This document shows positions 12,040 to 23,109 of a stretch of DNA of 51,649 nucleotides, one piece after another (position 1 is the stretch's first letter; each line of letters starts with the position of its first letter). The stretch is from the NCBI GenBank assembly GCA_002269645.1, contig NIVC01002581.1, positions 1-51,649 of the forward strand. The letters are read 5' to 3'. The notes beneath the pieces are model-generated. The model was not told where the DNA came from, made no database searches, and saw only the letters and a program-made list of their open reading frames with translations. The position numbers and the translations under genes are program-made. This DNA comes from Macrostomum lignano (taxonomy: Eukaryota).

Positions 12040-12600
12040 TCTTATTGGCTGGGAGTTCACCCAACCCATTTTCTGTCTTTCTCTATTTCTCAAAGCCGTT
12101 CTAATTGGCTGGGAGTTCCCCACCCCATTTTCTGACTTTCTCTATTTCTCAAAGCCGTTCTAATTGGTTGGGGGTTCCCCCACCCCATTTTCTGTCTTTC
12201 TCTATTTCTCAAAGCCGTTTCTAATTGGCTGGGAGTTCAGCCACCCCATTTTATGTCCATCTCTATTTCTCAAAGCCGTTTCTAATTGGTTGGGGGTTCC
12301 CCCACCCCATTTTCTATCCTTATCTATTTCTCAAAGCCGTTTCTAATTGGCTGGGAGTTCAGCCACCCCATTTTATGTCCATCTCTATTTCTCAAAGCCG
12401 TTTCTAATTGGTTGGGAGTTCCCCACCCCATTTTCTGTCCTTATATATTTCTCAAAGCCGTTTCTAATTGGCTGGGAGTTCAGCCACCCCATTTTCTATC
12501 CTTATATATTTCTCAAAGCCGTTTCTAATTGGTTGGGAGTTCCCCACCCCATTTTCTGTCCCTCTTTAGTTCACGACACTTTCTTCTGATTGGGTGGGGG
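12040..12600. repeat. ~61-bp tandem repeat containing ATTGG (reverse CCAAT), about 9 copies
   Basis: ORF starts recur at 12164, 12225, 12286 and 12347, giving a period of 61. Confidence 0.92.
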
Positions 12601-13925
12601 TTCCAGCTCACTACTTTTCTGTTATTGTCCGTTTCAGTGCCCATTTCTGATTGGCTGTAAACTGGCAACATATACTTCTATTAGCAATCTGATGCAAATA
12701 ACCCCAAAAGCCAAAAAAGTTTTGTGACAAACCAGCATTCCAGTTTCTCCTTTCTTAACTAGCAACAACAATAAATTGGGCTAAGTTGTTTATTTATAGA
12801 CGAATGTATCTAGATGAATGGATTTCTAGGAATTAATGGCTTTTTTGTGTGCATATACATGTATAAGAATCTGAAATGTGTAAGCTGATGTCACACAACT
12901 GATCACGCTCAAATTTACGTGTACAGAAGTTCAAAGATGTGTTGAATAAAACAGCAATCGCAACTTTGCACTTTAATGCAAGAAATTGACAAGAATAATG
13001 CTAAAGATAATTTAAGATAAGATAAGATGAGATTACTTCAAGTAGTAAAAATACAATTAACAAAGCGAGCCTGTTGAGATGGGACAATAAACATAGGACA
13101 ATAAGTAGAAGCTGAAGGAAACGACAATAAACAGATATTTTCCTTGACACTGTTTAAGATTTGTACTCGCACTGAAAATTGACAAAATTGTCAAAAAAAG
13201 TCATAGTTTTGCTTTCAAAGCAACCGAGTAACAATATTTCGATACAAAACTGGATTAAAAAAACTAACATGTAGTTTTCATTAACTTGGTTTTTGGGAAT
13301 GCATAAAGCAAGAAAACGGTGGTTTGAATTTAAGTAAAGCATAGGCAGTTGAACCAGAAGGGCGCTAACACTCAATTTCTTAGAAATGAACCGCCAGTGC
13401 ATTTATTTGGCTCTGGAGAACGCGTAGCGCTAATGGGGTTGTACCATAGACAAATTCGATTGAGAAAAATCCTATATCTCTATATTAAAACTTAACCCAA
13501 CTTAACGGCTATGCAATATTTACGCGCCATACTCTATACTTTCTACTTAACAGTAAGCAAACTCTGCTTAAATTTTGCGACGATGAAATATTTCAGAAAA
13601 TTCACTATCGAGACAGAACATCCCCTCTGGGAAAAATTGCAGCGACGACTGGCTGATGACGACAACTTGACGACAAGTTCACAGAGTCCGATAGAAAGCA
13701 GGCAGTAAATCAGATTTGGAAGCGCGCATTTGCACGATACTACTGAGTTGAACAAATCATATTTATTTTAGTAAATCAGGAGTAAATCGACAAGGCTGTC
13801 GCCTCTAGTAGCCTGTCGTTGCTTGTCGTCAAAGTGTCGTCGCTGCAAATTTTTTTTCCTAGCGGTGTCGCTTTATTGGATTTTTTAAACTGTACTTTCT
13901 GCAGCATCAGATACACAGTCGGTCT

Positions 13926-14430
13926 CTAAGCAGCCAGTCGGATCCGCTGGCTCAGATCTGCATAGTTCACTGGCATCAGGGTGACCTTCACGTCCTTCCA
14001 CAGTCGCAGGTGCGGCCAGTTTGGGTCCTCAGATGGTGTGGGATAAATCCAGTGCACTGGCAGCAGGAGGTTCAGCCACCAGCGTTCGCCGAAAACTCGA
14101 CGCAACGCCTCCGCTGGTTTCAACGAGGATTTGATGGGGAGCTTCTCTTTCACCTCAAGAGACAGCAGGCCGCCTCGACTAATCAGCTCGGCGTGCTCCA
14201 TCAAAAATCCCAATAGTAGAGGCTCGAAAAATCCCAGACAGTAGCCGGTGAACACCAGGATGCAGTCCTGCCAGCTGGCTGATCCTGTGAACGCTTGCGC
14301 GATGGTCACGGGAAGGAGGGTGGCAGCCAGGCCAAGTCGGGGCACGAAGTTCATCACCATGTAGAGAATGCAGTGCACAGATGCGTAGGTGGCTGCCAGC
14401 ACTGCGTAGAATAGGAAGACTAGGAAGAAG
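13926..14430 (-). CDS. DHHC palmitoyltransferase exon 3 (TM3/TM4 and C-terminus)
   Basis: ctccctccag acceptor in phase 2 completes GxxNxR|FFLVFLFY; stop at 13926. Model: 16004-16348, 14964-15301, 13926-14430 = 395 aa. Confidence 0.9.
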
Positions 14431-14461
14431 CTGGAGGGAGAGGGGGGACAGTAGGTTCGTG

Positions 14462-14935
14462 CACTGGATTCTCACCTGTTCAGGCACTGGATTCTCACTT
14501 GTTCAGGCACTGGATTCTCACCTGTTCACACACTAGATTCTCACCTGTTCAGGCACTGGATTCTCACCTGTTCACACACTAGATTCTCACCTGTTCACAC
14601 ACACTAGATTCTCACCTGTTCACACACTAGATTCTCACCTTTTCGGGCACTAGATTCTCACCTGTTCAGGCACTGGATTCTCACCTGTTCAGGCACTGGA
14701 TTCTCACCTGTTCAGGCACTGGATTCTCACCTGTTCACACACTAGATTCTCACCTGTTCACACACACTAGATTCTCACCTGTTCACACACTAGATTCTCA
14801 CCTTTTCGGGCACTAGATTCTCACCTGTTCAGGCACTGGATTCTCACCTGTTCAGGCACTGGATTCTCACCTGTTCAGGCACTGGATTCTCACCTGTTCA
14901 CACACTAGATTCTCGCCTGTTCACACCCTAGATTC
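14462..14935. repeat. 23-bp minisatellite (CACTGGATTCTCACCTGTTCAGG / CACTAGATTCTCACCTGTTCACA), about 20 copies, intronic
   Basis: Direct reading. Confidence 0.95.
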
Positions 14936-14963
14936 ACATGTTTAAGCGCATAAGGAAACTCAC

Positions 14964-15301
14964 CGCTCATTCCCTTCTCCAATGCAGGTCCCAGAGAAGA
15001 AGCAGTGATGGTCTCGCTTGACAACGCATATGTCGCACAGGGGACAGTGGTGCGTCCTAGGCGGCCTCCACTGCCGGCAGGTGAAGCAGGGCTTATACGA
15101 CAGGTAGGAATATTTATGGTCCTCAGCTATGGTACGCTTGAACTTAGGATTGTTCTGAGGCATCGGTATTGGCTGGCTGGCATTGTAGGCATTGTACAGC
15201 TCCGGGACAATGCTGCTACCAGCCTTTTTGCTCGCTTGCTGATTGTCCTGCATTTGTGTTTCGTAGAATGTGAGGCAGCGACTGATGAAGATTGGGAGAG
15301 A
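14964..15301 (-). CDS. DHHC palmitoyltransferase exon 2 (cysteine-rich DHHC domain)
   Basis: CFTCRQWRPPRTHHCPLCDICVVKRDHHCFFSGTCIG is a canonical DHHC-CRD. The DHHCFF context recalls ZDHHC22-type enzymes (unverified). Confidence 0.95.
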
Positions 15302-15339
15302 CTGAAGACATATAAAAGATAAACAAGTGAATACACAAT

Positions 15340-15980
15340 GGGAGAGACAAGACCGAGAGACGGACAGGGAGAGACGGACAAAGAGAGAAGGACAGGGAGA
15401 GACGGACAGGGGGAGAAAGACAGGGAGAGATGGACAGGGAGAGAAGGACAGGGAGAGGACAGGGAGAGGACAGGGAGAGGACAGGTAGAGGACAGGGAGA
15501 GGACAGGTAGAGGACAGGGAGAGGACAGGGAGAGGACAGGTAGAGGACAGGGAGAGGACAGGGAGAGGACAGGTAGAGGACAGGGAGAGGACAGGTAGAG
15601 GACAGGGAGAGGACAGGGAGAGGACAGGTAGAGGACAGGGAGAGGACAGGGAGAGGACAGGTAGAGGACAGGGAGAGGACAGGGAGAGGACAGGTAGAGG
15701 ACAGGGAGAGGACAGGAAAAGGACAGGGAGAGGACAGGGAGAGGACAGGTAGAGGACAGGGAGAGGACAGGTAGAGGACAGGGAGAGGACAGGGAGAGGA
15801 CAGGTAGAGGACAGGGAGAGGACAGGGAGAGGACAGGTAGAGGACAGGGAGAGGACAGGGAGAGGACAGGTAGAGGACAGGGAGAGGACAGGAAAAGGAC
15901 AGGGAGAGGACAGGGAGAGGACAGGGAGAGGACAGGGAGAGGACAGGGAGAGGACAGGGAGAGGACAGGGAGAGAAGGAC
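15340..15980. repeat. 11-bp purine-rich minisatellite (GAGGACAGGGA / GAGGACAGGTA), intronic
   Basis: Direct reading. Confidence 0.95.
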
Positions 15981-16003
15981 ATTGAGACGCCCCCAGGTCG
16001 CAC

Positions 16004-16348
16004 CTTGGTCTTCCGAAAATGCACTTTTTCCGGGTCGTTCGGGTTGAGCACGAATTCGCCCTGCATTTGCAGCGGCTCGCCAACAAATCGCCTTTGTTGA
16101 GTTCGAATCAGCAGCCAGTTGAGCATCATCTGGGCCAGGCAGACTGTGGGAAACGCGGCATTGAAGGCGGTGGCCCACCAGCCCCAGCCCTGCCGCTGGA
16201 TGTTGATGGGGCCAATGAGGAAGACGCCAAAGGACCAGATACAGGCGCAAGCGAGGATGTAGCATTTGGCGCTGAATCGGTTTAAACTGGCCGGGTTGAC
16301 GAAGCGAAACCAGGTGCGCTTGAAGACTAGCAGCAGCTCGGTGGGCAT
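16004..16348 (-). CDS. DHHC palmitoyltransferase exon 1 (TM1/TM2)
   Basis: gccATG start, two hydrophobic segments, AAG|gtgcga donor in phase 0. Confidence 0.85.
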
Positions 16349-16551
16349 GGCGCCTTGGAGACTCGGCTCATGAATGCGGTTTGGTCGAATTTAAACTGTT
16401 GGAATTCCACATTAAAAAAGTATCTGAACACAAATGCTACTCATAAAAAGCTAGATGGGGCACTTCATGGAAACGTCTGGTCACTTCCTAACCCTTCATA
16501 ACCCTAACTTAAACCCTGACCCTGACCTAATGTCGCATTGTAAGTTATTCG

Positions 16552-17030
16552 CAAGGGGCGCCAGCACCAAGGGGCGCCAGCACCAAGGGGCGCCAGCACC
16601 AAGGGGCGCCAGCACCAAGGGGCGCCAGCACCAAGGGGCGCCAGCACCAAGGGGCGCCAGCACCAAGGGGCGCCAGCACCAAGGGGCGCCAGCACCAAGG
16701 GGCGCCAGCACCAAGGGGCGCCAGCACCAAGGGGCGCCAGCACCAAGGGGCGCCAGCACCAAGGGGCGCCAGCACCAAGGGGCGCCAGCACCAAGGGGCG
16801 CCAGCACCAAGGGGCGCCAGCACCAAGGGGCGCCAGCACCAAGGGGCGCCAGCACCAAGGGGCGCCAGCACCAAGGGGCGCCAGCACCAAGGGGCGCCAG
16901 CACCAAGGGGCGCCAGCACCAAGGGGCGCCAGCACCAAGGGGCGCCAGCACCAAGGGGCGCCAGCACCAAGGGGCGCCAGCACCAAGGGGCGCCAGCACC
17001 AAGGGGCGCCAGCACCAAGGGGCGCCAGCA
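16552..17030. repeat. Perfect 16-bp GC-rich array (CAAGGGGCGCCAGCAC), about 30 copies
   Basis: I saw no variant units. Confidence 0.98.
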
Positions 17031-17450
17031 TTGAATTGAATTTGAATTGCACTAACAAATTGAACAAATTCTGTTCGCTCTAAACTGATTCACATGCATT
17101 TAAATTCATTTTTTCGCTGTAATAAAAATCATAAAATAAATAAATTCGTGTTAAATTGCCTTTCGAAAAATAAGACTTATAAATCGGTGTTATTTATTAT
17201 ATTTTACATCAACTAGGAACTCAGCTCGCATAATTTGGACAGATTTGAACAATATTATTTTTCCCAGTTGGCAAAGAAATCCAAAAAGAAAAGATCTATA
17301 AAGAGAAATGTCCTCTTTCTTGACAATAATTCTAGATCATATATATAATAATCAGGGCTGCACTTTTGTACATCGCTGTTACAGTACTTGATGAAGAAGT
17401 GTTTTTCAGCGCATATTAAGGCTCGGTAAGCATAGGTTAATCGCACTAGC

Positions 17451-17969
17451 TCAGTTCCCCACATGGTAGGGATCGTGAATCGGCGGCAGAGTCTGCGCCC
17501 GATTGGGCTCCTCGTAGTGATCGGGATGGCAGAGGCCGTAGCGGACCGGCGGTATGTCGCCTTTGATCGCGCCCGGCTTTCTGGTGACGTCATTTACTCC
17601 GGTGTTCTCCGGCTTCAACGGGAACACCTCTTCGCCGAATGCGCGGCGCTGGCTGGGCTTTGAGTAGCGATCGTACTGCCAGTTGAGGAACTTCTGGTCG
17701 GCCTGGCGGGTGTACTCCAGCCTGCGGCGGTACCAGTCCGGCTCGACTGCCGCGGCGCTGCGAGCGTGCATGTCCCAGTGCGTGTTCCACTGCTGGCAGG
17801 AGTTCCACTTGCGCCAGCCGGCCTGGCAGTAGTCCACCCCGCTGGAGTGCTGCGTGTTCACGTGACCATTGCGCGGCATCCACATGCTGCCGATCTCGTG
17901 CAGCGGCGGCGCCATGAACTGCTGCTTGTAGCGGCTGGCTAAGTTAGGGACTCGATAACTGTCACTCAT
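17451..17969 (-). CDS. Single-exon protein of unknown function (~172 aa; W/Y/R/P-rich)
   Basis: GC-rich ORF with strong C/G third-position bias embedded in AT-rich flanks; non-repetitive; an AATAAA lies about 260 nt downstream. An alternative ATG is at 17981. Confidence 0.7.
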   Translation of the reverse strand: MSDSYRVPNLASRYKQQFMAPPLHEIGSMWMPRNGHVNTQHSSGVDYCQAGWRKWNSCQQWNTHWDMHARSAAAVEPDWYRRRLEYTRQADQKFLNWQYDRYSKPSQRRAFGEEVFPLKPENTGVNDVTRKPGAIKGDIPPVRYGLCHPDHYEEPNRAQTLPPIHDPYHVGN

Positions 17970-18625
17970 GCTTGATTGCATGCAAAGTTTTGATGAAAGT
18001 AATCAAAATGAATTGGCTCCCCACAGTTCAACACGAACTGTTATGGTCATTTAAAGCTATACATGTAAAGTTTTTGAACAACAATAATATTATTTATTAT
18101 AGCTTTATTAGGTTCTTATTTTTAGTTACATATAATATATCTAAACCCTACAATTAAAAGAGCTCAGAAAAATCTTAGTAAGCTAGCAAAGTTAATTTTA
18201 TAGAACCACTCAAATTTATTTCCTGTGTTGTTTTGACTACTTCGAGATAAAATTGAAACTTAACCAGCCTTTCAATTAACTAGCTAATTTTTGCACCAGA
18301 ATGTAGCATTTGTCTTAGTTTGATGATATATCTTAAGCAGTAAATTTTTTTAAATCAAAAAACAGAAGCTGGTAGGCTAATAAATGAGTAAAGTAATAGT
18401 GTGAGATGATGGTTTCAATTAGGTACATGATACTACATTTAAATTTGTCAAGTTTACTAACTAATATCATTTCCACATTAGCTGATCCATGTATAAAAAG
18501 CTGATCTTGCGCTCAAATGCACATGCTAAGCTTTGTAATACTATAAAAATTGTTTTACCAGTGTAATTCGATTCTTTTTTAGATATGTATATATTGTTTA
18601 AATAAACAAATAAATATATGTTTAT

Positions 18626-18949
18626 CAGTGGCGTCGCAATGGATTTTATGGTGGGGGGAGGACAAAACCAAGAAGTCAACATGTACATGTACATGACTAA
18701 ATTCCTATATTTCCATTATATTGAGAATCGTGTTGTCGGCACTCATTTTGGCGCCGTAGGCATTCCTTTTAGCGCCTTAGGCACTCATTTTGGCGCCTAA
18801 GGCGCTATATTTTGGCGCCCTGAAGAAAAATTATTGATTACCACGAGTCACAAGGTGGGATGGGGGGACAAAGCATTGGCATGCCCCCCATAGCTTTTAC
18901 TGGGGGGGGGACATGTCACCCCTGTTCCCCCCCAGGGGCGACGCCTGTG
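18626..18949. mobile_element. Probable non-autonomous TIR element (hAT-like MITE)
   Basis: Imperfect TIRs CAGTGGCGTCGC...GCGACGCCTGTG, G/C-run subterminal blocks, and internal GGCACTCATTTTGGCGCC repeats. The putative 8-bp TSD is imperfect (atgtttat / (tg)atttat). Confidence 0.5.
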
Positions 18950-20651
18950 ATTTATACATGTTTTCTGTTAAAGCTATATGATGTGGTACGATAGAAACCT
19001 TGGGCTGATAAGTTGAAAAATTATTAAGAAGTGCTCGAAATTAGATTGTCATTCAAAATATCATTGAAATTTACATGCAACAATTGCATTGTAGCTGCTA
19101 GTGTTACTCGACAACCAGCCAGGGGCCGGCCGGTGGGGTACGGTATACATGCAGAGATGCTCAGTCATACAGTAAAACGATATCTGAAGTGAAAGTGAAT
19201 TAAAAAATAATTTAATTTTAGACGGTAATGCCATGTTAAGTGATCACCTTTAATTAATTTTTTTGAATACTGTAGAGATCTACTACAGTTAACTGATGAA
19301 CGTGAGAAGTAAGTACGATGGTTCAAGGAATTCAGCAAATAGAATGCGCAAAATAAAAACGACGCTATTACATTGTTATGACAGCAAAAGTTAAAACAAA
19401 AACATTTTAGGCTCTTATGACTTTTTGCACTTATAAGTATATAATTAATAAAGTATGCTTTTTTAAACTTTACTATTGTTTATTTATTCTGCAAAATTTC
19501 AAGATGAACCACTATCAAAATACGAAATCCTCTTAACTGGATGCTCGTAGTCGTAGCTGTGGACGATTGTATCCATTTTTTCTATATTTTTTATTTCGTT
19601 TATTTCTTAATTTTTACTAAAACTCAATTCTTTTTACTGAAAATATGCAGTTTTATGAAATACTATTAACCGAAACGTCCGTTCACCGAAACGTTCGGTT
19701 AATTGCAGCTGCATTGTGGGTCTGAGTTATTATATAGTATATCTCAGCTAGTTAACAACTGATTATTGATTAAATAATATATTTGCAATGTTATTCGGTG
19801 AAAATAAGCCCATTATTAAATTTCAATACTTCTGGTGCCTGAGAATAAAAGATACGGCAGTTGCAGAAAGCGCAGCCGCAACCAGAAATTTGTCGTGGGG
19901 TCGGGGATTTTGGTGGATGGGGTGGAGGGGGTGGCTCAGCATTTCGGTGAAAATTCGCTTGGTCCCTCTTTGCCTTTTCTCTGGTCTCCGCCTAAGGGTG
20001 GGCGACCCCCCTCTGGTTGCGCCAATGGTTGGCAATTGCAGACTTTGCTTCAATTGTTATACTGCAATAGTGCGAGAACTTTTTATCGTTCGCTTTTGAT
20101 TTCGATAAAACTGTACGCGAGAGCTAGCATGCCAGGTGCATATGATATCAAGTCAGAGTCACTCAGTCAGAGTCACAGACCGCGGGATCGATTCCTCGTC
20201 TGAACCCTTCGGTCTTCAGTAATTGGCTGTGATTTTGTATAGATGCTCTCATTTCACGACTGACATCATGACATCGGTGCAGGCATGTTCGTAATCGTAG
20301 GATTTTACCTTTAATCAGTGAAGTTCCATATACTTAATATTCTTATACTAAAAAAACATGGCAGCATATATTACCCTACAGGCTACAGTTCATTTTATTC
20401 TGTAACATTTAATATTAGTATCGAGTTAAAGTGTAATCTATATTTTAAATGGTTTAATCAGGTGCCTGACCATAATTCTTTAAAAAGCTATATGTTAGTA
20501 TGTATAACTTACCTGAAAGTTATCTTAGAATTTTTAATTAACTTTTTATTCTTTCGAATAACTATTCACAATGTAATTATTCAAGATTGTGTCCAAAAAG
20601 TTTACTTACATTTAAAATTTTAAAATCAACATAGATTATAATAAATTCTTT

Positions 20652-20695
20652 CTTCCAATGCGTTTCGGTCCAACAATGACCATCTTCAGGGTCTG
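20652..20695 (-). ncRNA. Second, mutated hammerhead core in the inverted pLTR
   Basis: The minus strand reads CUGAAGAUGGUCAUUGUUGGACCGAAACGCAUU; stem III and the cleavage triplet are altered. Confidence 0.5.
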
Positions 20696-21026
20696 GTGTA
20701 TTTTTAACTCACACAACAACTTTATAAGTTGCGAAATTGAGCAAACTCAGCAGTTTAAAAGTATTGATCGGTGTAGAACTGATTTTAGGCTCAACATACT
20801 TGAATCCATGTACATTAAAGACCAAAAACCTAATCTGAATATTCAGCTTTCCCATAGTGGTGCGGGCCATTTGCTCAAGGTATTCTAAGTAAAGGCACTA
20901 GTATGAACAATGTACTTGCAATCTATGCTTAACATTTTTTGGAAAATTCTGCCCATGACATGCCCTTTGGACTGTACAGTTAACATTTGTTCACTTATAA
21001 AGTTGTTATGTGAGTTAAAAATACAC

Positions 21027-21070
21027 CAGACCCTGAAGATGGTCATTGTTGGACCGAAACACGTCGGAAG
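21027..21070 (+). ncRNA. Minimal type I hammerhead ribozyme core in the Penelope pLTR
   Basis: CUGAAGA (21033-39), U, stem II GGUC/GACC, GAAA, C-AC-G-U-C (putative cleavage after 21065). Stem I is only CC/GG. Confidence 0.65.
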
Positions 21071-22254
21071 AAAGAATTTATTATAATCTATGTTGATTTT
21101 AACTTTTGTATTTCTTTGCCTACTAAAGCGTGCTGCCTTACCTCAATTTAAAATTTTGCCATAGGAACTAATTAAAACCAAGAATTTAAATATTTTAATT
21201 TGCTTTTAAAGAGTATAACTTATTAAATATTGCTACTGTGTCTGATAGTATAGTATTGTGTAGTATATTTAAGAACTTCTATATGTATATATGTATGTAA
21301 ATTTACTGTACAGTTTAAATCTTACTTTCTAAACAGCTCTCTTTACTTAAACTAACTTGAGTATTTTTCTTTTGTTATTTTTTATAAAAAAACTTTATCG
21401 TTTTATAATTCTTTTGATGAGTAGGCTAAATGATTTATTTTCATTTTTACATGTTGATTTAATGTAGGTGGATAGGAATATATCAATGGGTTTTAAATTT
21501 GATAACTAATAGTACTTTTATCAGATAGGAAAACTGAGAGTATTTTAATTGAGTCTTTTTGCTTTCTTAATGAGTTTCTTTACCAACTACCAACTAACAA
21601 GGTATTTCTAACTAACAAGATTTATATAGCATCTATTTTACCAGGTCTCTGTGTTCTCAATTTTCTAGACGAATTAGAGAAATTATTATTAAAGTGGTCT
21701 CATGGTGGTGTCATGTATCCAGAAATTGCACTATTACTCTAATAAATATTCTGGAAAATTCTGTGTCCAATGAAACCATACCTGAGTAGGTTTCAAGGGT
21801 TTTGTGAAAAGTGTGCTCCAATGACACAAGAGAGAGAGAAAGAAGTTGGGCAGTTCATTGGGCAGCTGCTCATCAGCTCAAATTAGAGCTCGCCTATTAG
21901 CCTGAATAAGCTGCCAATGTGTGCTCAAAACCGGTGTACATTGCGCTGCGTCAGAGTCCAGCTATTAACCTCACCACTGTACCTTCAGCGGTATACTCGC
22001 TGTTATATTTGCTTATTCATGGAGCTCTGCGTTCGTCTATCTGGATTAGGAAACTCTAGGATGGTAAACTCTGACGAACTCAGAAATTTAACATAATTTA
22101 AAGTCCTATTTGATTATTTTCCATCTTCTGATTTGAACATTGTTAAATTGTTTACAGCAAGTTGAAATTTACAAAACTATTTTGCGTACGCGCAATTTGA
22201 TAAGGACTGCTTCATCACAGAAAACGCGCCATATTTTCGACAAAAATAGCCAAC

Positions 22255-23085
22255 TGTGACGTTGTCAGTTTAAGGTGGTCCCGAAAAGGGCCGTTGGACT
22301 GCTGTTCTCCATAGTCATTCAACCCTTCAGTTTCACCGTTTCAACTAAACTTTTCCATTCGTTTATTGCGACGTTTACTTGTAGTAGTGCCCAACGATTT
22401 TGTGGCAATTTCTAATTCACTGTATATTTTGCTATCCTCTCTCGCGACCGTATAAAATTGGCACGATCGATAATTTTAAGTTCTCTCGCCAGCCAATGAA
22501 ATCACTCGTGCTCGCGCTACCCCCCTCTGCGCTCTTTTATTAAACCCCCCGCCTGGCGGCGGGCACCCCTCACCCCCCTTTTTCGTCTCTCCCCGCTTGT
22601 CCCTTGTTTCCTTCCCTGCGGCCTCTTAGCTGTCTTATCTGTTTGTCTGGCTGCCTCGAGCCTCCTTATTTCTCACCACGGCCCTTCTGTCTGGGCCAGC
22701 CTGCTCACACACTTACTTGACTGTTTCACGCCACGACCGACGCCTACTCACCACTACGTTTCACTGCCTTCACGGTGCTCATAGCCACTGCTCACGTCAC
22801 GTCGCCATTGTGTCATTCGCCTGCCACTTGACTTCATATCCAATTTATATTCAACCCATTGCTGCAGCCGCCAGTGCCCAGAAAGCTATAGTCTGTTTAT
22901 TGCCAGTAACAACCAAACTTAATACTGATATTAACAATAAAGACAACTACGGCAGTTCCTGCCTTTATCGCCAAGTGCTCCGCTACAAAATCCGCTTTAC
23001 AAGAATTGACTTCAACTTATTTCGGGACTAAAACGGCCCTTTTAAGGGTCACCGCATAGCTGGCCGCTACGCCAATAACGTGACA
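22255..23085 (+). repeat. 5' LTR (831 bp)
   Basis: By eye identical to the 3' LTR except for two poly-C length differences. Confidence 0.97.
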
Positions 23086-23091
23086 TAATTT

Positions 23092-23108
23092 TGGAGGTCC
23101 CACCGAGA
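23092..23108 (+). promoter_or_regulatory. Primer-binding site complementary to the 3' end of tRNA-Gln(UUG)
   Basis: TGGAGGTCCCACCGAGA is the reverse complement of UCUCGGUGGGACCU-CCA, the conserved 3' end of metazoan tRNA-Gln(UUG). Confidence 0.88.
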
Positions 23109-23109
23109 C

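Larger units (their letters stand above)
20620..21102 (+). mobile_element. 5'-truncated Penelope-like element: inverted pLTR, GIY-YIG C-terminal remnant, pLTR
   Basis: About 110-bp inverted arms (20620-20729 / 20993-21102, 4 mismatches) enclose ...FRLNILESMYIKDQKPNLNIQ..., matching the LxxxExxxI...PxLN C-terminus of Penelope GIY-YIG endonucleases. Confidence 0.8.

Noticed and set aside
11300-12040. Search for the carboxypeptidase signal-peptide exon
   Set aside because: Candidate ATGs gave no hydrophobic leader with a phase-2 donor, so none was called.
13511-13708. 65-aa + strand ORF with an ATG start
   Set aside because: No recognisable motif or splice support; left uncalled.
16455-17067. 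157-194-aa ORFs on both strands
   Set aside because: Translations of the 16-bp array.
19666-19701. Small inverted repeat TTAACCGAA...TTCGGTTAA with an internal ACCGAAACGT duplication
   Set aside because: Too short to assign; probably a TE relic.
20160-20200. B-box-like GGATCGATTCC
   Set aside because: No matching A box or cloverleaf, so no tRNA or SINE call.
21400-21830. Possible second decayed endonuclease remnant on the minus strand
   Set aside because: Only vague fragments with stops in every frame; not supportable by eye.
22717-23031. Identical 104-aa ORFs at 22717 and 37567
   Set aside because: They simply lie in the duplicated LTR, start at TTG and have no recognisable domain.
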